From an uncultured bacterium (GTDB lineage: Bacteria > Actinomycetota > Actinomycetes > S36-B12), in the NCBI GenBank assembly GCA_903850745.1, contig CAINMH010000010.1:1-61149 (forward strand): a stretch of 61,149 nt of DNA, read 5' to 3'. The position numbers were made by a program, and so were the translations under genes. The notes under the pieces are model-generated. The model was not told the origin of the DNA and searched no databases. It saw only the letters and a list, made by a program, of their open reading frames with translations. Below are positions 49,863 to 58,301 of this stretch, piece by piece; the first letter of the stretch is position 1; every line of letters begins with the position of its first letter.

Positions 49863-50927
49863 TTATGGCCACGGAAGCCCGCGCTCGTACTGCGGAAGCC
49901 AATCAATATCGGCACCCAATTCGTGTGCTGCACGCAAGGCCCAGTGCGGATCGCGTAAGAATGCTCGTGCCATCCGCACTGCATCGGCTTTACCTGACGC
50001 GATGATGTCCTCAGCCTGTTGCGGCGAGGTGACTAGGCCGACTGCGGAGATTGTCATTCCCGTGGCGGCTTTGATGCGGGCGGCGATATCCACCTGATAG
50101 TTCACGTCGCGCGGAATCTGCTGATCGGCATGTAGCCCGCTGCTCGACACATCAACAACGTCGATGCCGATTTTCTGCAATTCGCTCACGTACACCGTGG
50201 CCTCGTCAACACTAAAACCATTCGGCATCCAGTCAGTGGCTGAAATTCGCACAATCACGGGAAGATCGGCGGGCCACACTGCCCGCACCGCAGAGGCAAC
50301 AGCTAACGGGAACCGCATCCGGTTTTCAAGGCTGCCGCCATACTCATCAGTGCGCATATTGCTCAGCGGGGAGAGGAACTGATGCAACAGATAGCCGTGC
50401 GCAGAATGCACCTCGATCACATCGAAGCCCGCAGTTCGAGCGCGCACTGCGGCAGCCGCCCACGCTTCGACGAGATCTTCGATTTCGCTCACTGTCAGAG
50501 GCCTCGGTGTCGGCATGTCTGCGAAGGGGATTGCTGAAGCAGAAACTGTCTCCCAGCCTCCGTCGGCCTCCGTGGCGATGCCGCCCACCCACAGCGAAAA
50601 GGTCGATCCTTTTCGTCCGGCATGCGCGAGTTGAAGTCCGACCGGGGTGCCCTGAGCATGGAGCAGGTCAACGACACGCTTCCACGCGGCTAATTGGGTA
50701 TCGTTCCAAATCCCAGGACACGCAACGCTGATGCGGCCCTCCGGCACGACGCCGGTGGCTTCTGCCATGACCAATCCAGCGCGCCCCAACGAAAACGATC
50801 CCAGGTGCGCCACGTGGAAGTCGCCCACAACACCATCTATCGCTGAATACATGCACATCGGCGCCACCCAAGCGCGGTTGGCGAGTTCGAGTGAACGCAA
50901 GCGAATGGGCGTAAACAGATGGCTCAT
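49863..50927 (-). CDS. NADH:flavin oxidoreductase, Old Yellow Enzyme family (YqjM/NamA-like)
   Basis: 354 aa with LFTPIRLRSLELANRAWVAPMCMYSA and HSAHGYLLHQFLSP. Confidence 0.9.
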   Translation of the reverse strand: MSHLFTPIRLRSLELANRAWVAPMCMYSAIDGVVGDFHVAHLGSFSLGRAGLVMAEATGVVPEGRISVACPGIWNDTQLAAWKRVVDLLHAQGTPVGLQLAHAGRKGSTFSLWVGGIATEADGGWETVSASAIPFADMPTPRPLTVSEIEDLVEAWAAAAVRARTAGFDVIEVHSAHGYLLHQFLSPLSNMRTDEYGGSLENRMRFPLAVASAVRAVWPADLPVIVRISATDWMPNGFSVDEATVYVSELQKIGIDVVDVSSSGLHADQQIPRDVNYQVDIAARIKAATGMTISAVGLVTSPQQAEDIIASGKADAVRMARAFLRDPHWALRAAHELGADIDWLPQYERGLPWP

Positions 50928-50967
50928 CGATAAGGCTCCTTTAGAAGTGGCAGTGCACTAGTCAAGA

Positions 50968-51423
50968 TCACATCCGAGGGGCGTAGTCCCACGAAGTGAC
51001 TCGTAGGTCGTCGATGCGTACAACAACTTCAGTCTCGATGCGGCCTAGGAGCCAGTTGGCAAGTTGGGTGCCAGCTTGACCATAGCGGGCCACCAAGCGC
51101 TGGAGCACTTGTGTCGATTGCTCAATCTCATCGACGATTCTGGCCATACCAGTCCCCCGAACTCCACGATAGGGCGGCTCATCGCGAGAGACTTCCCAAC
51201 CCACGTTGCCGTCACGTCGGACACGTTTGGCCAGCACTGAATCGCGCTGGGTTGCGCACCACAAAGCACCGTCTTCGTAGCTAAACCACAGCGACTGGAC
51301 GAGCGGTCCGCGCTTTCCGGCGGATGCAAGACGGAGTGGCACAACGGTCTCGATCAGCCATGCCTCAATCTGACTTGGTGTCCAAGGGCCGGACCGCACA
51401 TGAAAACTCATGACGCGACCCAC
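50968..51423 (-). CDS. Pyridoxamine 5'-phosphate oxidase-like (split-barrel flavin/deazaflavin-binding) family protein
   Basis: About 147-151 aa with the pattern LASAGKRGPLVQSLWFSYEDGALWCAT...GWEVS. Assigned by general resemblance only. Confidence 0.6.
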   Translation of the reverse strand: MGRVMSFHVRSGPWTPSQIEAWLIETVVPLRLASAGKRGPLVQSLWFSYEDGALWCATQRDSVLAKRVRRDGNVGWEVSRDEPPYRGVRGTGMARIVDEIEQSTQVLQRLVARYGQAGTQLANWLLGRIETEVVVRIDDLRVTSWDYAPRM

Positions 51424-51484
51424 CAGTTGGAGACTGCACGCTTCATAGATCCTCCGAGGAGTGTCAAATACATGTCAGGAAAGG

Positions 51485-53212
51485 CTACTTGTCGCGATCA
51501 TTGCGTACGGTGACCTTACGTCCACGAATCTTCGCGCCATGCACGGATTTGATGATCTTGCGGGCCTTATCGGTGGGTACTTCGACCACCGAGAACATCT
51601 CGTGCACGCTAATGGTCCCAATATCGGCACCCTTGAGTCCGGACTCACCAGTGATCGCTCCGAGCAAATCCCCGGGAGTCACCCCGGCCTTGCGGCCCAC
51701 TGACACAAACAGGCGCACCGTCGGTCCTTCCGGACGCTTGTGCTTCTTGCCCCCGCTGTGCTTGTCACCTTGCGGCGCAGCGGCAAACTTGGCCTCCCCC
51801 TTGCGTTTGTGCTTTCCAGAACCAGCTGCACGCGGTGCCTCTACGAAGGCGTCGAGTTCACCTTCGTCACTATCAGCCACCGAGCCCTGGGTGGCCTCAT
51901 GGGCTAGCGTGAACGCTGCCAACACCGCCTCTGCAGGCTCATAACTAAGCAGCAAATCTTCTACCAATGCGCGGTAGTGCGACATCCGCTCTTGAGCGTC
52001 AGCATCACCAAGCAACTCCTCAATGGAGTCACGGGTGCGTTGCAGCCGTAGGTGACGTACATCGCTCACTGTAGGAATTCGTTCAATGCGCACATTGCCG
52101 GCCGTGGCCCGTTCAATGGACTCCAGCATGCGTCGCTCACGCGGTTCGACGAGGCTGATTGCGACACCTTCGCGACCGGCACGGCCCACCCGGCCAATTC
52201 GGTGAACGTAGGCCTCAGTAGTTATTGGCAGATCAAAGTTGACAACGTGTGTGAGTAGGTCGACGTCGAGACCCCGGGCCGCCACGTCCGTTGCGATGAG
52301 CAGTTCTGTGCTACCAGTGCGCAGTCTTCCCATTACGCGATCGCGCTGATCTTGGGTCAAACCACCATGAAGTGCCTCTGCTTGGTAACCGCGCGCAGTG
52401 AGGACGTCAGTGAGATCATCTACTCCCCCACGTGTGCGACAGAAGACGATGGCGGCCGTAGGATCCTCGGCATCGAGGATGCGGCCAAGCGCGAGCGTCT
52501 TGTTAGGCCGCGTGACGATGTACGCCGTCTGCCGCACGCGCGGCACATCATCTGGGGACGGCACGGATCGTTTGATCGAAATACGCTCGGGATTACGTAG
52601 GTGCCTATTCGCAAGGGCATCAATCCGTTTCGGCATTGTCGCTGAGAACAACACAGTCTGTCGATCGCGTGGAGTCGCAGCGAGCAGCGTTTCGATGTCT
52701 TCGATGAACCCCATCTCGAGCATCTCGTCGGCTTCATCAAGCACAACAGTCCGGACCTGGTCGAGGATCAGCTGCTTGCGCGCATTGAGGTCGAGAGCGC
52801 GCCCGGGAGTGGCCACCACAACGTCAACACCTCGCCGCAATGCGTCGATTTGATGCCGGGGAGGTGCACCCCCATAGACCGCCACGAGACGAGCCCCGAG
52901 CATCCGTCCATATACATGGAAAGCTTGCGAGACCTGCAGCGCGAGTTCGCGGGTAGGCACGAGGACCAATGCGGACGGCGCAGACCGCCCACGGTCGCGC
53001 TCGAGGCCCTGGAGGATGGGCAAGGCAAAGGCCGCGGTCTTGCCGGTGCCCGTCGCTGCCTGACCGAGGAGGTCTGTTCCACGGATCAGGATCGGGATGG
53101 TGGCCGACTGGATGGGTGTGGGCTCCTCATAGCCGAGAGCGGTCAGCGTCTCCAGCAGTTCAGAGCGGAGGCCGAGCGAAGCAAAGTCGGGTTCGATATG
53201 AGGGTTATTCAT
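51485..53212 (-). CDS. deaD: DEAD-box ATP-dependent RNA helicase with a C-terminal DbpA-type RNA-binding domain
   Basis: Motifs Q (PTPIQ), I (AATGTGKT), II (DEADEM), III (SAT) and VI (HRIGRVGRAG). ATG 53212 (MNNPHIEPDFASLGL) was chosen over the TTG at 53245. Confidence 0.9.
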   Translation of the reverse strand: MNNPHIEPDFASLGLRSELLETLTALGYEEPTPIQSATIPILIRGTDLLGQAATGTGKTAAFALPILQGLERDRGRSAPSALVLVPTRELALQVSQAFHVYGRMLGARLVAVYGGAPPRHQIDALRRGVDVVVATPGRALDLNARKQLILDQVRTVVLDEADEMLEMGFIEDIETLLAATPRDRQTVLFSATMPKRIDALANRHLRNPERISIKRSVPSPDDVPRVRQTAYIVTRPNKTLALGRILDAEDPTAAIVFCRTRGGVDDLTDVLTARGYQAEALHGGLTQDQRDRVMGRLRTGSTELLIATDVAARGLDVDLLTHVVNFDLPITTEAYVHRIGRVGRAGREGVAISLVEPRERRMLESIERATAGNVRIERIPTVSDVRHLRLQRTRDSIEELLGDADAQERMSHYRALVEDLLLSYEPAEAVLAAFTLAHEATQGSVADSDEGELDAFVEAPRAAGSGKHKRKGEAKFAAAPQGDKHSGGKKHKRPEGPTVRLFVSVGRKAGVTPGDLLGAITGESGLKGADIGTISVHEMFSVVEVPTDKARKIIKSVHGAKIRGRKVTVRNDRDK

Positions 53213-53610
53213 CACTTTTACGGTACCGCAGTACCCATCACTCAACGGACAGCGGCTCTTGAGAGTCTCCGCTCACGTAGGTCAGGCGCCTCCCGCCTGC
53301 ATGGCTACCCTAGGGCCGTTTTGACCTCCGCCCGAATCCGCACGTACTGCCGGGTGTGTGTACGCAATCACCAATACCAAGGCAGGCATAGTGCTGGCTG
53401 ACAATAATCCCCTCAGTGCCATTACCGATGGTCGCCCATCTCTGCTATTCGGTTGATGCTACCGGGACGCCATGTGCACAGCGAACCCTCACATGGTCGA
53501 AGGACAACTCAGATGATTCAACATCGACCTCGTGTCGGGAGAACACCAGGTCGGGCCTACTAGATTTATGCATGCGACCTCTGGACTGCTCGTGCCGCTC
53601 TACCCACGAC
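53213..53610 (-). other. ~400-nt non-coding spacer; probable promoter and long 5' leader of the DEAD-box helicase gene
   Basis: This is the largest gap in the window. It is about 50% G+C by hand count of one 60-nt sample. Only short ORFs with implausible composition occur on either strand. Confidence 0.5.
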
Positions 53611-55614
53611 TCATAGCAGCGCGCGCATGATTGCCGTGGGAGTGAGCGGGAGTTCGGCAATTCGGACTCCCAGCGCCGCCGTCACCGCATTGGCAATCGC
53701 CGCACCCGTAGGACCCGCTGCTGCCTCCCCTGCACCTAGGAAGGGTTCTCCGGGTCGATCGATCACATCAGCAATCACCTGTGGAACCTCCGTGAAGCGC
53801 GCGATCGGGTATTCAGCCCATCCGTTGGCATTCACTGCTCCCCCAGCGATGGGTGCACTCTCTTGAAGTGACCAGCTCAGTGACTGAAGAGCGCCACCTT
53901 CTAACTGGTGCAGAACTCCGTCGCGGCTCACGACCTCGCCGACATCTGCTACAACAATGAGCTGGGTCACCCGAACGCGATCGATGCACTCCACATCGGC
54001 CACCACCGCACACCAAGCACCCGTGCCCTTGTAGCGGGCCAGCCCAATTCCGCGTCCGTGCGCTTCAGCAGTCGATGGCTCCCCCGACAACTCCACGGCA
54101 CGCAGCAAAACTTGAATCGCTCGCTCATCTGAGAGGTGGGCAAGGCGGAACTCGACAGGGTCGATGCCCTGGGACCGCGCGATATCTTCCATCAACGCTT
54201 CGATCGCAATGACATTGAGATACGCACCCAGGGAGCGAATGGCCGAAGTCCTGATATTCGATGGGTGAAGCGTTGACTCCGCACGTCGCACGGTCACGTC
54301 GTAGATCGGCCGCGAGTTACGGATTATGCCTCCGCCGATGGCCGGGGCCGGATCAGCAGATGCCGGCATGGGCGATCCACTCAAAATTTCACTGTGCGCG
54401 AGAAGCGAAACTCCGGCCACCGTGCCCGGTCGGGCTATGTGGCCCTCTCCGCCGCCATACCAGTCCCAGTTCACGATGTGACCGGTGTCGTCGGTCTCAG
54501 CCGCCACTTCAACTTCCATAGCAGGCCCCACCGGAGAACACGACAGGTCTTGGGCTCGCGACCACGTAACGTGGACGGGAACACCAGGCATTGAACGAGC
54601 AAGCAACACAGCGTCGTAGGCCACATCGTCCGCACCGTTGTGGCCGTAACAACCGGCTCCCGGAACATGCGCGACGTGGAGCGCGCTCACGTCAAGGCCC
54701 AGAGCACGGGCGAGGTCACGACGTAACGGATGCACGCCTTGGCTGTGAGTCCACACCTCAACGCGCGATCCGGAATCGTCCCAGCGGGCTATCGCACACG
54801 CAGGACCGATGGAGGCATGTAGTAGATGGGGACGCGTGAAACGAACGTGATGATTTCTGTCATCTGTCACTAACGCTCGGTCAAGCACTTCTACGCGCGA
54901 TGATTCTTCGCTGACTCGCGATTCGACACTCACCCAATCAATGGCCGTTCCGATCCGTTCTGCCGCACTAATCGCGGCGTACTCGGTACGAGCCAGCACC
55001 CCGAGAAAGGCGCCGTCACGGACGATCTTCAACAGATCAAGGTCAGGCACCTTGCCAGGATCAATCGCTGCGCTACTCACAAGGTCTGGACGTTGTCCAG
55101 CTCGCCTGATGACCCGCCCGTAGATCTGCCCCGGAAGGCGCAGATCGTGCACGTAGAAGGGTTGACCTGTGAGTTTGCCGACCAGATCGGCATGCGGTGC
55201 ATCGCGCCGTGGCATTGACGGAGCGAGGGCATCCGTAGAGATTTCGGCAATGACGTCCAGTACGCGCGCCTCGAGATGAGCAGCAGTTACCGAAGCAAGG
55301 TCGACCGGGATCCCGTCGCCTGTCGCGGTGACCCGGCGCAGGGCTCGCGACGCCAAGCGCAGCGCAGTTCCCGACATCGACATCGATAGCGATCCCGCGG
55401 TGAAACCCTCATCGGGACTCTCCGTCGTTGGTGGAACACTGACGACGAATGTCGGATCAATTCCAAGTTCTGTCGCAACAACCCCAATAAGTGCCGCTGT
55501 GATCCCCTGACCTAGTTCGACTTTGCCTGACCGCACGGCAACGTGATGGTCAGTAATGCCGATCCAGTCACCGATGCGATGATCCGGCGTCAGCGAACCC
55601 ACCGGCTGATTCAT
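53611..55614 (-). CDS. Molybdopterin-dependent hydroxylase large subunit (xanthine dehydrogenase/aldehyde oxidase family, IorB-like)
   Basis: The start is at the Met of MNQPVGSL, giving an ATGA overlap with the 2Fe-2S subunit stop. About 667 aa. The C-terminal signature is GAGEAAAGPTGAAIANAVTAALGVRIAELPLTP. No twin-arginine signal is visible. Confidence 0.85.
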   Translation of the reverse strand: MNQPVGSLTPDHRIGDWIGITDHHVAVRSGKVELGQGITAALIGVVATELGIDPTFVVSVPPTTESPDEGFTAGSLSMSMSGTALRLASRALRRVTATGDGIPVDLASVTAAHLEARVLDVIAEISTDALAPSMPRRDAPHADLVGKLTGQPFYVHDLRLPGQIYGRVIRRAGQRPDLVSSAAIDPGKVPDLDLLKIVRDGAFLGVLARTEYAAISAAERIGTAIDWVSVESRVSEESSRVEVLDRALVTDDRNHHVRFTRPHLLHASIGPACAIARWDDSGSRVEVWTHSQGVHPLRRDLARALGLDVSALHVAHVPGAGCYGHNGADDVAYDAVLLARSMPGVPVHVTWSRAQDLSCSPVGPAMEVEVAAETDDTGHIVNWDWYGGGEGHIARPGTVAGVSLLAHSEILSGSPMPASADPAPAIGGGIIRNSRPIYDVTVRRAESTLHPSNIRTSAIRSLGAYLNVIAIEALMEDIARSQGIDPVEFRLAHLSDERAIQVLLRAVELSGEPSTAEAHGRGIGLARYKGTGAWCAVVADVECIDRVRVTQLIVVADVGEVVSRDGVLHQLEGGALQSLSWSLQESAPIAGGAVNANGWAEYPIARFTEVPQVIADVIDRPGEPFLGAGEAAAGPTGAAIANAVTAALGVRIAELPLTPTAIMRALL

Positions 55615-56081
55615 TGCTGCGCACCCGCCGCATGTAGAACCGCGGCCACGATCCGCGTGTGATCGCCGCAGCGGCACAGGTGGGCATCTAGTTCGAGACG
55701 TACTTCCGCTTCGGTGAGATCTGCACCACGCCGATCGACGAGCGCAACGGCACGCATGAGGATGCCGGAGATGCAGTAGCCGCATTGACCTGCCTGCAAG
55801 TCAAAGAATGCCTGCTGCAGGCGATGGAGCGTGCCGTCCGGGGATGCCAAACCTTCCACCGTGGTGACGGGCCCACTCACATCACCAACGCGGATCGAGC
55901 ATGACGTGACTGGTCGGCCTCCGATGAGCACAGTGCACGCACCGCATTCACCTTCACCACACCCGAATCGCGTGCCCACAAGATTCAGGCGATCACGCAA
56001 CACCCATAACAGCGGCTCGTCGTCTGGACTCTCAACGGTCACAATCTCTTTGTTGATAGTCAGCTGACGAGCAGCGGTCAC
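55611..56081 (-). CDS. (2Fe-2S)-binding small subunit of a molybdenum hydroxylase (IorA/CoxS-like)
   Basis: 156 aa with CGEGECGACTV and QCGYCISG...CRCG cluster motifs. Confidence 0.92.
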   Translation of the reverse strand: MTAARQLTINKEIVTVESPDDEPLLWVLRDRLNLVGTRFGCGEGECGACTVLIGGRPVTSCSIRVGDVSGPVTTVEGLASPDGTLHRLQQAFFDLQAGQCGYCISGILMRAVALVDRRGADLTEAEVRLELDAHLCRCGDHTRIVAAVLHAAGAQQ

Positions 56082-57079
56082 GAGGTCTTAATCCCCAACA
56101 GCCACGCAGCCGTCGTACTCGTGATGAGTTGGCGCTCCTCGTCAGTCAGGCCGGCAACGGAGTTCAGCAAGCCGAGCGGATCCTCTTCGCCCATGTCATA
56201 GGGATAGTCCGTGCCGATCACCACGTGGTCAGCGCCGTGAGTGTCGATGAGATGGCGCAGCATTTTGGGATCGAAGGTAATCGTGTCGACGTACATGCGT
56301 CGGAGATAGGTAGACGGTGGCGCTGAGATCACTGTGCGACAGTCCTCGCGTGCACGATGAGCGTGATCCATGCGCGCCCAATAGTGCGCAATGTAACCGC
56401 CACCATGGGCGAGAAGAACGCGCAAAGTCGGATGGCGCTCCATAACCCCGTCAAAGATCAAGTGGCTCGCCGCAACAGTCGTCTCCAGCGGGTTGCCGAT
56501 GACGTTGTTGAAGTAGTGGTCACTGAGTCGACACGCATCGCTAAACCCATTGGGGTGAATAAACAGCAACACCCCGAGTTCGGCAACACGGGCGAAGAAT
56601 GGCTCGAGTCCAAGCGCAGGGTCGGTCAAGTCAGCGCCGTTGACGTTGCCGTTCACTTCGACTCCGCGCATCCCGAGCTGGAGTACCGCGCGGTCCAATT
56701 CGGCAATCGCGGCGTCGGCGTCTTGGAGTGGCACCGTGCATAAGCCAACGAAGCGATCCAGATGACTGGCGACGACCGCCGCGATGCCATCGTTGACCGA
56801 TCGGGCAAGTTCAGCGCCCAGAACGGCATCGGCCATGTAGTAGTACTGGAACGGCGAGGGCGACACCGCCTGAATGTCGATCCCCATCCGATCCATCACC
56901 GCCAAGCGGGTAGGGATGTCAGAGAGTAAGGCGGATCGCTCCTGCATCTGACGGCTGTTCACCTGCCGGGTCAGGTCGTTGGCGAAGATGTAGGCATGCT
57001 CCTTGAGCACCGGGTTGATGGCGCTGGCCAAGACACCCGCCTCTGGGTGGACGTAGTGGCAGTGCAGGTCAATCCGCAT
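56078..57079 (-). CDS. Amidohydrolase-2 (ACMSD-type metal-dependent hydrolase/decarboxylase) family protein
   Basis: ATG 57079 follows AAGGAGGAG. The product begins MRIDLHCHYV (HxH metal motif). Later blocks are LLAHGGG and IGTDYPYD. An ATGA overlap joins it to the 2Fe-2S gene. Confidence 0.85.
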   Translation of the reverse strand: MRIDLHCHYVHPEAGVLASAINPVLKEHAYIFANDLTRQVNSRQMQERSALLSDIPTRLAVMDRMGIDIQAVSPSPFQYYYMADAVLGAELARSVNDGIAAVVASHLDRFVGLCTVPLQDADAAIAELDRAVLQLGMRGVEVNGNVNGADLTDPALGLEPFFARVAELGVLLFIHPNGFSDACRLSDHYFNNVIGNPLETTVAASHLIFDGVMERHPTLRVLLAHGGGYIAHYWARMDHAHRAREDCRTVISAPPSTYLRRMYVDTITFDPKMLRHLIDTHGADHVVIGTDYPYDMGEEDPLGLLNSVAGLTDEERQLITSTTAAWLLGIKTS

Positions 57080-57204
57080 GACTCCTCCTTGGGCCCAATC
57101 CTGACAGCGCCCAACACCCCGGGCAATGTCCTCAACGACATCCGAAGGCGAGTGAAGTGTCAAAAGTCACCACAGGTGCCGAAATTGCCTCCCGATCTAG
57201 GGGC

Positions 57205-57223
57205 GCCGTCCCTCTAGGACGGC
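57205..57223. promoter_or_regulatory. 7-bp GC-rich inverted repeat in a divergent promoter region
   Basis: GCCGTCC-CTCTA-GGACGGC lies midway in the 218-bp spacer between the amidohydrolase operon and the secreted-protein gene. Confidence 0.3.
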
Positions 57224-57297
57224 AGATTCCGTTGCGCAAGGGACATCGGTCTCTCTCGTGCTTCGCTTCCCACCCCGGACTGTGCGAGAGTCGAGAG

Positions 57298-58170
57298 ATG
57301 CGCAAAACCTTTGGTTCGATCCTGGTCACCACTCTTATCGGGGTGGGTCTCGTGACCGCCGTACCTCAGGCCATGTCAGCGCCAACGGTAGGTGCCCTAT
57401 CGCAGCCCAGAATTTTGAGCGCCGCATGGGGCTTAAACAACAGCGCTTCTTGCCCCACGGGCGAGACTGGTCTGGACAACATCCCGGTCACGCTGGACTG
57501 GTTCATCCAAGTGGCCTCCGTGAATAACGACATTTTCACTTTCACGCGCAGCGATGGCACAAAGGTGCATCCGACGTGCTCACTGATGTTCCCGCCGAAT
57601 GAATCAAATGAACGGCAGACGGTGAATCTCATCGGCGACTTTGGGGACCCTGCGGGAATTCGACCCGTGCGAATCACCATCAGGGCGGGGCTTCGCGGTA
57701 AGCCCATCGGCACTCGGGTGTGGCGAGACATCGACGCGGGACTAACTCACACCGTGACTCAGCTTGAGGCTGGGCCCTTCATCACCGATGCTTGGAAACT
57801 CACACCTCAACAACTAGTGGGAGACGCAAATCAATGCCCCACCGGGACCACCTCAATACGGGTGGTGTGGTCCAACGGAATGGCTGCCTATCCGACGGGC
57901 GCCGAAGTTGGGCCTGCTGTGACCAATTCCTACCGGGCCATATTTACGAAACGCAGTGGGCAGCTGATTGCCGTTGCGCCAGTAGCAATCGCCGATCTCA
58001 ATGACCACTCATCGCCAGCCATGGCGGACAACATGCACGATCTCTGCCTAGCGACCGTGCCAAATCACGCTCGCCTCACTGCCATCAGAGTGGGGTCAGC
58101 GTTGCTACAAGACCCCAACGGCGACCCGAACCTCGCCCAGCGATTTATCGTGCGGCGCCTCGGAACCTAG
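57298..58170 (+). CDS. Secreted hypothetical protein
   Basis: ATG 57298 gives MRKTFGSILVTTLIGVGLVTAVPQAMSAP, a Sec signal peptide with an AxA-like cleavage site. About 290 aa with 4 Cys in the mature part. No family recognised. Confidence 0.6.
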   Translation: MRKTFGSILVTTLIGVGLVTAVPQAMSAPTVGALSQPRILSAAWGLNNSASCPTGETGLDNIPVTLDWFIQVASVNNDIFTFTRSDGTKVHPTCSLMFPPNESNERQTVNLIGDFGDPAGIRPVRITIRAGLRGKPIGTRVWRDIDAGLTHTVTQLEAGPFITDAWKLTPQQLVGDANQCPTGTTSIRVVWSNGMAAYPTGAEVGPAVTNSYRAIFTKRSGQLIAVAPVAIADLNDHSSPAMADNMHDLCLATVPNHARLTAIRVGSALLQDPNGDPNLAQRFIVRRLGT

Positions 58171-58206
58171 ATTTCAGGTCCGAGGCGCTCATCCCGCGAG
58201 GGAATG

Positions 58207-58283
<77 letters not shown>

Positions 58284-58301
58284 CCGCCCCAAGGGGCCTA
58301 C

